A DNA stretch of 64,000 nucleotides from Candidatus Bathyarchaeota archaeon (GTDB lineage: Archaea > Thermoproteota > Bathyarchaeia > TCS64): assembly GCA_963769425.1 (NCBI GenBank), contig CAVYLP010000006.1, forward strand, positions 273 to 64,272. Reading direction: 5' to 3'. Both the position numbers and the translations under genes were made by a program. Positions 51,854 through 61,921 of the stretch are shown here, in pieces. The notes beneath the pieces are model-generated. The model was given only the letters and a program-made list of their open reading frames with translations. It was not told where the DNA came from and ran no database searches. Every line of letters starts with the position of its first letter. Within the stretch, counting starts at the first letter, position 1.

Positions 51854-54214
51854 CTAAGAAAGCTCCTCGCGGAGTTTCTTCCTCGCGCCCTCATCGATCG
51901 GCCCCTCCCCGTCAATGATGTCGTTGAAGGTCTTGAAGACCCTCTCCAGCTTCCTCCAGTCGGGGACGTAGACCCTGCTGAACCACATCCTGCTGCTGTC
52001 TACGCCGTGGTCCTCAAGGGCCCACCTGTACTCATCCGCCCTCTCCTCAGCAAGCACGTGGGCGTGCCCGTACGGACCTTCATGCGCCGGTGCCTCGAGC
52101 AGCATAACCCCGTCCGCCCCGTAGGCGAAGGCGTAGAGCAGGTGCTCCAGCTTTAGCCTCGCCATCGTCGGCAACGGGATGATCCGGATGCTGCTCGGGT
52201 AGGGCAGCCTCGCCAACCCGGCGAGGTCAACCGCCGTGTACGCGACCTCCTTCTCGACGAAGGCGATTATCTTCAGCTCCGCCTTCGACCCCTCGAGGGC
52301 GCCCCTGATCTGGGCCTTGATCTGGGCCTCGCCTAGACCCTGCTGGTCGAGCGCATTCCTTGGGCAGGAGGGGATGCATGCTCCGCAGCCTGTGCACATG
52401 ATCTCGTTGACCACTGGCTTTCCCTCCGAGAGGGTTATCGCCGACTCGGGGCACGGCTCTACACACTTCCCACAACCATCGCATAGTTCAGGGTGCGCTA
52501 GCCACGCCTTGTTGGGCTCGATGACCCTGTCTACGTGGAGGAAGTTCACGACCTTCATGGCAGCGCCCTCCGCCTCAGCAGTTGTAGACTGGATATCCTT
52601 TGGACCCACAACGGTGCCAGCAGCGAATATTCCGTCCCGCTTCGTAGCCATCGGGTCGAGCTTCGGATGCCTCTCGAGGACGAACTGGTCCTCATCCACC
52701 GGTACGCGCAGCATCTCCGCCAGCTTCAACGTCTCCGGCGTCGTCACAATTGGCGGCGCCAACACGACGAGGTCGCTCTGGTACTCAATCATCCTATTGA
52801 GCATCATGTCTTCGCTGCGTACTAGCACCTGCTCGCCGTCGGGGACGATCTCCGTCACTTTACCCTTCACGAAGTTTGCGCCCTTCTCCTGCGTCGTCCT
52901 ATAGAACTCCTCGTAGCGTCTACCTGGCGACCTGATGTCGATGTAGTGTATCCACACGTCGACACCACGATCCCTGAGGAGCTGAGCCTGCTTCATGCTA
53001 TATAGGCAGCAGACGCGGCTGCAGTGGCTGCGACCGACCTCGGTGTCCCTGCTTCCCGCGCAGAGGACGAAGGTCACGGTCTTCACCTGCCTACCTGTCT
53101 TCGGGACTATGAGCTGGCTCCCCGTTGGCCCGTTGACGTCGAGTATCCTCTCCATCTCGAGGCTCGTCACCACGTTCGGGTACCGTCCGTAGCCATACTG
53201 GATGAGACCCGAGAGGTCGAATAGCTCGAAGCCCGTCGCCATCACGATGGCGCCTACTTTCAGCTCCTTGGACGATCCCGGGTCATCTAAGTCGATGCAC
53301 TGGCGTGGGCAGACCTTCGCGCAGGCTCCGCAGCGGACACAATGTTCGAAGTCAATGGTGTAGACGCTTGGCACACTCTGGGGGAAGGGGATGTACGCGG
53401 CCTTGCGCATACCCAGACCCTGATCGTGCTCGGCGGGCACCTTTGTTGGGCAGACCCGACCACAGGCACCACACCCAATACACTTGGAGATGTCTACGCC
53501 GCGTGGGTTGAGCCTGATCTTAGCCTTGAAGTCACCGGGAACCCCCGTGACCTCCTCCACCTCGGCGTATGTGATGAGGTCAATGTTCCTACTCTGGCTC
53601 ACCGACGCCATCTTCGGCGTCAGTATGCACTGGCTGCAGTCGAGTGTCGGGAAGACCTTCGGGTACTGTATCATGTGACCCCCGATGCTTGGGCGCTTCT
53701 CGACGAGGTGGACCTTCATCCCGAACTCGCTGAGGCGCAGGCTCGTCGTGATACCCGCGACGCCTCCGCCGATGACGAGAGCCTCTGGGACGACCTTCAT
53801 CCTCTTCGACTCGAGCGCCACCGACTCCTTCGCGCGGGCGACCGCCCCCCTGATGAGGTCCATCGTCTTCAGAGTCGCGCCCTCGTGGTCCTCCTTATGT
53901 ACCCAGCTACACTGCTCACGGACGTTCACCATCTCAAGGAATGCGGGGTTGACCCCCTTCTCCGCGAGATTGCTTAGGAACGTCTCCCTGTGCATCTTCG
54001 GCGTACAGCAGGCGAGCACGACTCTGTCGAGGTGCTGCTTCTCGACGGCGTCCTTGATGGCGTCGACGCTCGGCTTACTGCATAGGTACCTCTCCTTCTT
54101 AATGTAGGCGACTTCGGGTTTCAACGTCTCAACGACGCGGTCTGTCTCGACAACGTCACCGATGTTTCCGCCGCACTCGCAGAGCCAGACGCCAATCCTA
54201 GGCGAATCAGTCAT
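51854..54214 (-). CDS. hdrA: HdrA fused to a C-terminal MvhD-like domain (HdrA2-type)
   Basis: 786 aa. N-terminal domain VWLCECGGNIGD/VREQCSWVH, FAD GGGVAGI, inserted ferredoxin, CAGSRD...CSRVCC, C-terminal 2x[4Fe-4S]. The C-terminal ~150 aa (IAFVEKEVAYTAVDLAG...GCH-like) resemble MvhD. Confidence 0.85.
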   Translation of the reverse strand: MTDSPRIGVWLCECGGNIGDVVETDRVVETLKPEVAYIKKERYLCSKPSVDAIKDAVEKQHLDRVVLACCTPKMHRETFLSNLAEKGVNPAFLEMVNVREQCSWVHKEDHEGATLKTMDLIRGAVARAKESVALESKRMKVVPEALVIGGGVAGITTSLRLSEFGMKVHLVEKRPSIGGHMIQYPKVFPTLDCSQCILTPKMASVSQSRNIDLITYAEVEEVTGVPGDFKAKIRLNPRGVDISKCIGCGACGRVCPTKVPAEHDQGLGMRKAAYIPFPQSVPSVYTIDFEHCVRCGACAKVCPRQCIDLDDPGSSKELKVGAIVMATGFELFDLSGLIQYGYGRYPNVVTSLEMERILDVNGPTGSQLIVPKTGRQVKTVTFVLCAGSRDTEVGRSHCSRVCCLYSMKQAQLLRDRGVDVWIHYIDIRSPGRRYEEFYRTTQEKGANFVKGKVTEIVPDGEQVLVRSEDMMLNRMIEYQSDLVVLAPPIVTTPETLKLAEMLRVPVDEDQFVLERHPKLDPMATKRDGIFAAGTVVGPKDIQSTTAEAEGAAMKVVNFLHVDRVIEPNKAWLAHPELCDGCGKCVEPCPESAITLSEGKPVVNEIMCTGCGACIPSCPRNALDQQGLGEAQIKAQIRGALEGSKAELKIIAFVEKEVAYTAVDLAGLARLPYPSSIRIIPLPTMARLKLEHLLYAFAYGADGVMLLEAPAHEGPYGHAHVLAEERADEYRWALEDHGVDSSRMWFSRVYVPDWRKLERVFKTFNDIIDGEGPIDEGARKKLREELS

Positions 54215-54222
54215 TCAGATCC

Positions 54223-55878
54223 CTACAGTATGTTCAACTTATGCTCGAGCGTCTTCTTGCCCCTGTACTCAGGTAGCAGTATTGGCGCCTTCCGTGTAGT
54301 CTTGATTCCGGCCTCCTTTAGCCACCTGTCGTAGCGGTCGAGGTGTGCGAGTGTTAGCTTCCCCACATGCGCAGTCTTCGCACGCTCTGCAGCATTCTTG
54401 CCAGCCCTGCGCCCGAATACGTAGAGGTCAAGCTGGCTGTTACCCATGAGCCTGTTCTTCCCGTGGACACCTCCGCAGACCTCCCCGGCGCATAACAGCC
54501 CAGGGACATTCGTCTCAGTGTTGGGATTGATCTCTACCCCGCCATTCTGGTAGTGGAGGGTCGGGAAGACGAGTATGGGTTCCTTCCTGATGTCGATGCC
54601 GAATTTTTTGTAGTTGCGGAACATTGCAGCGAATTCTTTCTCTACAGTGCCTGGTCCCGTGACTATCTCGATCATAGGGGTGTCGAGCCAGACAGCGCGC
54701 ATACCCGTAGGGGTAACTATGCCGTTGTTCCTCTCGTAGCACTCCCTAATGAAATTCGATGACTCTATGTCGCGGGGCTCGAGGTGGTAGACGAAGAGTT
54801 CACCGTCCTTGTTGACGGGCAGCGCGCCCCTACCGCGGAGCTTCTCAGTAGCGAGCTGACCAACTATCTGCTCGGGGTAAGCTGCTCCTGTAGGGTGATA
54901 CTGTGTTGAGTCAAGGTCCCTCAGGATCGCGCCCGTGCGGTAAGCCATGACTATTCCGTCGCCTGTCGCGCCGTAGTGATTCGTGGTTGGGAAGCCTTGT
55001 ATGTGGAGTCTACCGAAGCCGCCTGTGGCTAGCACAGTGGACTTCGCCCTAGCGATTCGGTACTCCTCAGTCTCCATGTCAAGCAGGATAGCGCCAGCGA
55101 CCTGATCCTTATCATCCATGAGGAAGTCCACAGCGCTTGTGAACTCAACATTACTAATGCCACGGTTGATGAACTCGTCGACGAGTACGCGTGTGATCTC
55201 CAAGCCGGTGTAATCCTTGCAGCTGTGCATGCGCCTCCGACTGGTGCCCCCACCCGCTATCTCGAGCAGGGAACCGTCAGGGTTCTTGTCGTACATGACG
55301 CCGAGCTCCTCATGCCACTTGATCACGTCTGGGGCGTCTTTGACGAGTGCTTCGACTAGATCCGGCTTATTCGCGTAGTGACCTCCACCTATGACGTCTA
55401 GGTAGTGGATCGAGGGGTTGTCGATGGGTGAGTCTGCGGCCTGAATACCGCCTTGGCTCATCTTCGAGTTGGCGTCGCCGAGTCTTAGCTTCTGGACCAT
55501 CAGAATCTGGTCCACTGGAACGCCGCTCTCTTGCGCGAGTAGCGCCGCGCTAAGACCCGCCCCGCCCGCGCCGATTATAAGCACGTCGACGTCGTAGTCA
55601 ATGTGGCTTAGGTCGATTTCCTTGGGGTTTATGACTGAGTGCGACTCGATGATGTCGGCGACCTCGTTAGGGACGATCATCCCCTTGCTTGGGCCGATGG
55701 CTACTGCGCGTTTGAAGTTGGGTTTCCAGTCTGGGTGGAAGTGCTCGAGGATAGACTGGCGCTCTTCCGCTGTCATCGCCGGGATGCCGTGGGATTTGAT
55801 GTTGCTAGCCCGTTTCTCGGCGACCATCCGGAGGGATTCCTGCATGTACTCGGGGTATCCTGTTGTGTAGCCGCTCAT
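54223..55878 (-). CDS. fumarate reductase / succinate dehydrogenase flavoprotein subunit (TfrA/SdhA-like)
   Basis: 551 aa. N-terminal FAD motif VLIIGAGGAGLSAAL and fumarate-reductase flavoprotein-family active-site regions (HYxxGG, RxxxxGE-like). Confidence 0.85.
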   Translation of the reverse strand: MSGYTTGYPEYMQESLRMVAEKRASNIKSHGIPAMTAEERQSILEHFHPDWKPNFKRAVAIGPSKGMIVPNEVADIIESHSVINPKEIDLSHIDYDVDVLIIGAGGAGLSAALLAQESGVPVDQILMVQKLRLGDANSKMSQGGIQAADSPIDNPSIHYLDVIGGGHYANKPDLVEALVKDAPDVIKWHEELGVMYDKNPDGSLLEIAGGGTSRRRMHSCKDYTGLEITRVLVDEFINRGISNVEFTSAVDFLMDDKDQVAGAILLDMETEEYRIARAKSTVLATGGFGRLHIQGFPTTNHYGATGDGIVMAYRTGAILRDLDSTQYHPTGAAYPEQIVGQLATEKLRGRGALPVNKDGELFVYHLEPRDIESSNFIRECYERNNGIVTPTGMRAVWLDTPMIEIVTGPGTVEKEFAAMFRNYKKFGIDIRKEPILVFPTLHYQNGGVEINPNTETNVPGLLCAGEVCGGVHGKNRLMGNSQLDLYVFGRRAGKNAAERAKTAHVGKLTLAHLDRYDRWLKEAGIKTTRKAPILLPEYRGKKTLEHKLNIL

Positions 55879-56564
55879 TTGATCTTCATCTCCCTAGTGT
55901 TGTACTTCTTTGAGATCGTTGCCTTGTCCATCTTCTTCATTTCCTCGATCTCTGCATCGTACTTGCCCTCCTTCACTTCCTCGCACCTCTTAAGGACGTG
56001 TTCGGTTGGCCCCTCGAGGTACTTCGACTCGAGGCGGCGAGCCAGCTGCCCAACATTATAGGGAACTATCTCAGCCGGGCACCTCATCGCACAGAGTCCA
56101 CAACCTAGGCAGTCGAAACTGAGCTTCGCCGCTTGGGCGATGTCACCGCGCAGAGCCGCCTGGACGTAGTCCATGACCATGATGTCCTGCGGGCACGCCT
56201 TCGTGCAGGTGTTGCACGCGAGGCACCTAGCGATCTCAGGATAGTATTCCAGGAAAGTGTTCGCCTCGGCCTTGAGTTCGTTGATCTTGTAGGTCACCTT
56301 CTCCTGTGGGCTGAAGGGGATTTGTGCTATGATCATGCCTTCCTCGACTATCTTCTGGCAGGCGAGGGCACCTTGTAGCTTGTAGCTTCCTCTCTTCCTG
56401 TAGACGGTGGCGCATGCGCCACAGAAGCCTCCCCTGCACCCAGCGCCCCTCCTGAACTGGTGGCCAGAGTACTCCATAGCCTTCATTATAGTTAGGTCCG
56501 CCGGGACTCTCTGCTTCTTGCCCATCACGTAGATGGTGACCAACTTGATGTCATTCTCAGTCAT
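55875..56564 (-). CDS. fumarate reductase / succinate dehydrogenase iron-sulfur subunit (SdhB-like)
   Basis: 229 aa. N-terminal 2Fe-2S ferredoxin-like Cys (CRGGFCGAC) and two C-terminal 4Fe-4S motifs (CLACNTCTKACP, CLGCGLCAMRCP). Confidence 0.75.
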   Translation of the reverse strand: MTENDIKLVTIYVMGKKQRVPADLTIMKAMEYSGHQFRRGAGCRGGFCGACATVYRKRGSYKLQGALACQKIVEEGMIIAQIPFSPQEKVTYKINELKAEANTFLEYYPEIARCLACNTCTKACPQDIMVMDYVQAALRGDIAQAAKLSFDCLGCGLCAMRCPAEIVPYNVGQLARRLESKYLEGPTEHVLKRCEEVKEGKYDAEIEEMKKMDKATISKKYNTREMKIK

Positions 56565-56565
56565 T

Positions 56566-57459
56566 CTAAATCAGCCCCTTCTCCCTGAGCAGAGGCCTCG
56601 GGTCGGGCTTGTTCATCCCGAGAGCCGTCTCATCCTCCCCGAGGCCGAAGGCGAGAGCCATCAGCTGGGTGAAATAAACGATCGGTATACCGTTGAACTT
56701 TGGATACTTCTTAGCGACCTCGGTCTGCCTGTTGCCGAGGTTGAACTCGCATAGCGGGCACGCAGTAGCCACGATATCAGCACCAGCGGCCTGTGCCTGC
56801 GTCAAGATCCTGTTGCTCAGATCCGCCACCACGTCGACCATGTGGACGGTGTGGTAACTCCCGCAGCACTTCTGCTTGTAGCCGAACTCGACGACGTCTG
56901 CGCCGAGGGCCTTGAGCAGGTCCTCGAAGATGCGTGGGTTGTCAGCGTTGTCTATCCCTATGCCGCGGGGCCTTAGCAGGAGGCATCCGTAGTAGGGGGC
57001 GACCTTCAAACCTTTCAGGGGCTTGGAGACGCGTGCCTGGACCTTGTCCCAGCCATGGACGCGCAGCGTCTCCAGCAGGTGCTCTACTTCGACCTGTCCG
57101 CTGTAGACGCTCGCCTCGTTGTTCATGCTCTCTCTGACCTTCCCCGCCTTGTCCGAGTCGGCGTTGAAGGCCTGGTTACTCCTCTTCAGTGTGTTGTAGC
57201 ACATCGCGCAGAGGGCGACAACCTTCTTCTCGTCAACAATACCACTCTGCTGCGCCTCCTCAACCCGAAGCAGGTTCCTCAAGGGCGCTAGGTGGTGCAT
57301 CACGTCGTCCTTCGCGAGGGCGTGGACGGTTCCGCAGCAGTTCCAGCGGGGGAGCTCGACGAGGTTTATGCCCAGCGCCTTAGTTGAGGCCCTGGTGCTT
57401 ATGTCGAACTCCTTCGCCGTCGTCTTCAACGTGCAGCCTGGATAATATGCGACATTCAT
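56566..57459 (-). CDS. HdrB-like CCG-domain protein (TfrB / type-E SdhC-like)
   Basis: 297 aa. Two CCG domains (NCCGTVH, CAMCYN, KCCGSYH, TACPLCE). Confidence 0.8.
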   Translation of the reverse strand: MNVAYYPGCTLKTTAKEFDISTRASTKALGINLVELPRWNCCGTVHALAKDDVMHHLAPLRNLLRVEEAQQSGIVDEKKVVALCAMCYNTLKRSNQAFNADSDKAGKVRESMNNEASVYSGQVEVEHLLETLRVHGWDKVQARVSKPLKGLKVAPYYGCLLLRPRGIGIDNADNPRIFEDLLKALGADVVEFGYKQKCCGSYHTVHMVDVVADLSNRILTQAQAAGADIVATACPLCEFNLGNRQTEVAKKYPKFNGIPIVYFTQLMALAFGLGEDETALGMNKPDPRPLLREKGLI

Positions 57460-57466
57460 GGCATGA

Positions 57467-57949
57467 TCACGCGGTTAGCTTCCTTAGACTACTGATGATC
57501 GCGACTTGTGGCAACTCTCTCAGCTGCTCGTCGCTGAGTTCATCAAGCGCTACACGGTCGTACTTCTTCCTCAGAACAAGTTGGCGAAGAGACTCCATTA
57601 CGTTGGCGATGTCGATACCGCGGGGGCACCTGACCTCGCAGTTGAAACATGTCGTGCAGACCCAAATCGTCTTAGAATCCAATGCCTCCTCGAGGCCAAG
57701 CTGCACCATTCGGATTACCTTGCTTGGAAGGTAGTCCATCTCCTGAGTCATGGGGCAGCCTGAGCTACAGGCACCGCATTGGAAGCAGAGCTCGACCTTC
57801 TCGCCACTCAGCTCCTTCACCCGGTCCCTGAAGACCTTGTTTTCGGGGGTCGGGTGAATGAAGAGTCCCTGTTTTTCCGAAGACATCTCAGAAGCTATTA
57901 CGCTGTGTATATTATACCTTTTCTTAGAAATGACACGGATAGGCTTCAT
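57467..57949 (-). CDS. HdrC-like 4Fe-4S ferredoxin subunit
   Basis: 160 aa. CFQCGACSSGCP and CTTCFNCEVRCP. The true start may be the internal Met (MSSEKQ). Confidence 0.75.
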   Translation of the reverse strand: MKPIRVISKKRYNIHSVIASEMSSEKQGLFIHPTPENKVFRDRVKELSGEKVELCFQCGACSSGCPMTQEMDYLPSKVIRMVQLGLEEALDSKTIWVCTTCFNCEVRCPRGIDIANVMESLRQLVLRKKYDRVALDELSDEQLRELPQVAIISSLRKLTA

Positions 57950-57976
57950 TAAAATGGGTTATTAGTTGGGCTCTAT

Positions 57977-58657
57977 TTACTGCCCGGAGCTGAATTGGGG
58001 GTTTTCGAAGACCATATTGAAGCCCTCAGATCCCCAGCCATCGGTTATCCTATGGGCTGTGGCGGTGATGCCGTAGTCTTGTCCACTGAAGGAGTAACCT
58101 ATGATATAGTTGAATGGGCTTTCGTCGACCGAGAAACCCACACGATCCTCTTGGACCTCGATGTCGTAATGATGCTTCAATTCGTCATTCTGAAATAGGT
58201 CAACCTCTTTGAGGATATAGTTCTGACCATTGGGCGTGTAGATTATGTAGCCCATGACCTTGCCATCACTTACACTCATCCTGATGCCGAACTCGAACTT
58301 GTTGTAAGGCTGGACGGATGCAAAGACCGCGTACTCATCAAGCCTGTTCTTACCCCCGGAACCGACCATCGCAACATCAAACGAGAGTTTTTCGATTGAA
58401 TAGATGCTTTTAGTGCAAACATCTGAGACTGTAAGTTGCTCTCGGGGACGTGTGTGAGATGGCATAGCGAGCATCCAGCTGTCCACAGGGGTACTCTGAA
58501 GACGAGGCCTCGGGGCAAGGGCTGACCAACTGGCAAAATCCGAGGCGGGGATATTCGTCATAGATTCTCTAGTGGCTGTGACTGAATCTGAAGTAGTTAT
58601 GTTTGCGTTAATGGATGAGCCTTCGAGGATGACTGTCATGAAGAGTAGGATGATCAT
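57977..58657 (-). CDS. secreted hypothetical protein
   Basis: 226 aa, N-terminal hydrophobic signal, no recognised motif. Confidence 0.45.
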   Translation of the reverse strand: MIILLFMTVILEGSSINANITTSDSVTATRESMTNIPASDFASWSALAPRPRLQSTPVDSWMLAMPSHTRPREQLTVSDVCTKSIYSIEKLSFDVAMVGSGGKNRLDEYAVFASVQPYNKFEFGIRMSVSDGKVMGYIIYTPNGQNYILKEVDLFQNDELKHHYDIEVQEDRVGFSVDESPFNYIIGYSFSGQDYGITATAHRITDGWGSEGFNMVFENPQFSSGQ

Positions 58658-58908
58658 CGCGTGGAAGGTGCTTGATAGAGCCTTCGAGTCCCTCCTAAGT
58701 TTATCAGCCTCTCTTTGATAGTTTAACCCAATCTCCTCTTAAAAAATTGATTTTTCCTTAAGAACTTCACTTGAGTAATCTAAATATTTTATCGATCAAC
58801 AATCCGTATACATCATCAATAAGTAACACTAACTCTTGTTTTACCTAGCTGATAATGATTATTCATCCGCCTCATGTTTTAAATCGGCGCTGGTTGGTGT
58901 TCATCTGA

Positions 58909-59517
58909 GTGAGAAGGGGTTTGGAGTATCACCTCAAAACACCGGTCCCCGAGGCTGAGCTGAGGAAGCTCAAAGTCGGAGACGTAATCTACCTAACCGG
59001 GACCGTGATAACGGCGCGGGACGAGGCACATAGCAAGGCCTTAGAACTGCATGATGAGGGAAAGAAGCCGCCAGTGGACTTCCGGGGGGTCGGCGTCTTC
59101 CACTGCGGCCCAATAATGAGGAAGAATGGGAAGATTTGGGAAGTGGTCGCCGCGGGTCCCACTACGAGCACGAGGATGGAGATATTCGAGGACAAGTTCA
59201 TTGAGGCGTTCAGGCCCGCGGTCATAATCGGTAAAGGCGGCATGGGGGAGAGAACCTCTAAGGCGTGCCAGAAGTTCGGTTGCGTCTACGCCGCTTTCAC
59301 TGGTGGGGCAGCCCTCCTAGCGGCTAAGGGGATAAAGAAGGTCAGGGACGTCTTTTGGCTGGAGGAGTTGGGGATGCCAGAGTGCCTATGGGTGTACGAC
59401 GCGGAGGACTTCGGCCCCCTCATCGTGGCCATCGACTCTCACGGCGGTAACCTCACCGCTGATGTTGGCAAGAAGGTGAACGCCAACAGGGACAGGATCA
59501 TCGCGGAGATGAAGTGA
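58909..59517 (+). CDS. class I fumarate hydratase, beta subunit (Fe-S hydro-lyase, tartrate/fumarate family)
   Basis: 202 aa. GTVITARDEAH...KGGMGERT...GG motifs of the beta (C-terminal) region of class I fumarase / TtdB. Confidence 0.85.
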   Translation: MRRGLEYHLKTPVPEAELRKLKVGDVIYLTGTVITARDEAHSKALELHDEGKKPPVDFRGVGVFHCGPIMRKNGKIWEVVAAGPTTSTRMEIFEDKFIEAFRPAVIIGKGGMGERTSKACQKFGCVYAAFTGGAALLAAKGIKKVRDVFWLEELGMPECLWVYDAEDFGPLIVAIDSHGGNLTADVGKKVNANRDRIIAEMK

Positions 59518-60387
59518 ATGTTAGACAAGGTAGTTGAAGACACGGCCGTTGAGCTCCTGCGGATCGCCGCCACTGAACTTCCCGTTGAGTATGTGCGTGA
59601 GATGGAGAGGCTCATGAAGGGGACGAAGGGCGCAACGGGGAAGGCGCAGCTGAAGAGCATACTGGACGACGCCTCACTGGCGAGGAAGAATAGTTGGCCA
59701 ATGTGCCAGGACACGGGGGTCGTCGCCTTCATGGTCAAGGTTGGGGACAAGTTCCCACTCAAGTCGGAGCTGAAGGAGATACTCACGAAGGCCACGAAGC
59801 GGGCGACGGAGGAGATACCTATACGGCCCAACGCCGTCGACATGCTGAAGGGCAATACGAACGACAACACCGGCGCCTTCATCCCGATAATCAACTGGGA
59901 GATGGTCCCTGGCAACGAGCTTGAGATCATCGCCATGCCAAAGGGGGGTGGTAGCAGTAACGTCGCCAACCACCGGATGCTCAAGCCCGGCCTAGGGATG
60001 AAAGGTGTGAAACAGTTCGTCATCGAGGCGGTCGCAGCGGCTGGGTCGCAGGGGTGCCCGCCCTACTTCGTCGGCGTGGGCATCGGGGGCAGCGAGGACC
60101 TCTGCATGCTCCTCGCGAAGAAGGCGCTCCTCAAGCCCTTCAAGGTTAGGAACCCGGATCCAAAGCTGGCGGCCATCGAGGAAGAGCTTCTGGGGAAAGT
60201 GAACGAGTTGGGCATAGGCGCTATGGGCCTCGGTGAGGGGCCGACAGCCCTCGATCTCCACATCGAGATGGCAGCGAGGCACCCAGCGTCCCTGCCCGTG
60301 GGTATAGTCATCAGCTGCTGGGCCCTCCGCCACGCGAAGGCAACCATAGGCCCACGCGGCGGAGTCAAGATAGACAAGAGCGCCTAG
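59518..60387 (+). CDS. class I fumarate hydratase, alpha subunit
   Basis: 289 aa. CQDTG motif plus GCPPYFVGVGIGG and further Cys ligands. Starts 1 nt after the beta subunit stop. Confidence 0.85.
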   Translation: MLDKVVEDTAVELLRIAATELPVEYVREMERLMKGTKGATGKAQLKSILDDASLARKNSWPMCQDTGVVAFMVKVGDKFPLKSELKEILTKATKRATEEIPIRPNAVDMLKGNTNDNTGAFIPIINWEMVPGNELEIIAMPKGGGSSNVANHRMLKPGLGMKGVKQFVIEAVAAAGSQGCPPYFVGVGIGGSEDLCMLLAKKALLKPFKVRNPDPKLAAIEEELLGKVNELGIGAMGLGEGPTALDLHIEMAARHPASLPVGIVISCWALRHAKATIGPRGGVKIDKSA

Positions 60388-60567
60388 GCTCCTAATTGTC
60401 TCGTTTTGGTATATAATCAACGGTTAACTGGTTATTTTTATAGCTTCTTTCGGCTATCAGCTTAGTTTTCGGGCTCCGATTGGGTACACTCTTCCCCTTT
60501 TGTAGAGATAGCGACCTGTGCCTAGCAATCTTTAACGAGGCAAACCCATCCTAGGATCAGTCGAATC

Positions 60568-61293
60568 GTGCTGGAGTTGTCTCAAATGGAAAAGGGGGGA
60601 AAGGGGAGATACGTCACCTCCGTCATCCCATCCCTGATCGGGTTAGTCCTCCTAATAGGGCTCTCACTCGGTTACTCCTCGCAGACACTCCCACTCCAGA
60701 GTGAAATCTTCACTCTGGTTTTCATCACGATCTGTGCGCTCGGGGCGGTGGCGGGACAGTATCCATCGCAAATTAAAAGGGTGTTCAGGAGGACGCCTAA
60801 AAGAAATGAGGCGGGACCCGGCTACATCGGTCACCACCCCTCATGTGGTCGATTCGATGCGCATGTCATAAGGTTTAGGGGGAAGACCCTCTGCGCTGGT
60901 TGCACCGGTTTGACCATCGGAGCAGCCGCGGCTGTAACGATGAGCCTCTATACATTGTTCTATCCGATCCAAGCGCCTGCCCTAATCACACTCATCGTCG
61001 GGGTAGCACTAGCAGCCGTAGGAATACTCCAGCACGCCCTCGGCAGGGAACCACGATTACACCTCGCCCTCAACGTTGCCCTCGTCACTGGGGTCGCTGT
61101 GGCCCGCATCGGCGCAAATCAGCTTAACGGCGGCATAGCCGTTGACGCCTACGCCCTCGCACTCTCCCTGTACCTCATCTTGGCACGCATCGATTTGTCG
61201 AGGGATGATCACGAGACCATCTGTGGTTCTTGTATCGAGCTCTGTGATCGCTCATACGCTGCTAATCGCAACCTTTCTATAAGCGACGGCTAG
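60568..61293 (+). CDS. Cys-rich integral membrane protein (hypothetical)
   Basis: 241 aa, ~6 TM, with CGRFDAH...CAGC and CGSCIELC Cys pairs. Confidence 0.5.
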   Translation: MLELSQMEKGGKGRYVTSVIPSLIGLVLLIGLSLGYSSQTLPLQSEIFTLVFITICALGAVAGQYPSQIKRVFRRTPKRNEAGPGYIGHHPSCGRFDAHVIRFRGKTLCAGCTGLTIGAAAAVTMSLYTLFYPIQAPALITLIVGVALAAVGILQHALGREPRLHLALNVALVTGVAVARIGANQLNGGIAVDAYALALSLYLILARIDLSRDDHETICGSCIELCDRSYAANRNLSISDG

Positions 61294-61314
61294 ACACACG
61301 ATCGGTGTAGATCG

Positions 61315-61608
61315 ATGGTCTACTGTACGAAGTGCGGCACGCAGAACCCGGACGACGCCGTGAATTGCTCGAATTGCGGTGCTCCCCTAAGGGATACGCC
61401 GAACAGGGAGTACAGGAGGTATAGGTATGAGGAGGACATGTGTTTCGGTGGTAGGAGCCACATCTGGGGGATACTGATCGGGATCTTCATAATACTCATC
61501 GGGGTGGCGAGCCTCCTCGGCGGCAACATCTGGAATGAGATCTGGCCAGCGTTCATAATCCTGGTTGGGTTAGTTATAGTAGCGAACGCCTTCATGAGAA
61601 GACGTTAA
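61315..61608 (+). CDS. zinc-ribbon domain membrane protein
   Basis: 97 aa. N-terminal CTKCGTQNPDDAVNCSNCG zinc ribbon followed by two TM helices. Confidence 0.5.
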   Translation: MVYCTKCGTQNPDDAVNCSNCGAPLRDTPNREYRRYRYEEDMCFGGRSHIWGILIGIFIILIGVASLLGGNIWNEIWPAFIILVGLVIVANAFMRRR

Positions 61609-61618
61609 GCCCTAACAT

Positions 61619-61876
61619 TCAGGTGCTGTTTGTTAGAATCACCCTTACTTTCTCAAGGTTATCCACCAGCTGGGGGACAAAGGTCCTGTAACCAGCGATC
61701 TGGTTGCACATCGAGCAACTCATCGTATAGGCCTCAGGGACCCTCCCCTCCCTGACAAGTTTCTCTAGATTATCGAGCTGGGCGATACCGTCTATGATCA
61801 TTTTCCCGTAGATCTTGTATGGTTCAAGAAACTTCCTCGACTCATCGATGAGTTTTAAGGCGTCTTCGAGGCTCAT
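61619..61876 (-). CDS. small hypothetical protein
   Basis: 85-aa ORF, protein-like composition, no motif recognised. Confidence 0.35.
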   Translation of the reverse strand: MSLEDALKLIDESRKFLEPYKIYGKMIIDGIAQLDNLEKLVREGRVPEAYTMSCSMCNQIAGYRTFVPQLVDNLEKVRVILTNST

Positions 61877-61921
61877 GGGCTTCCCTGATGGCCCTCCGTT
61901 TAAGGACCTTTCCCCGGCTCG

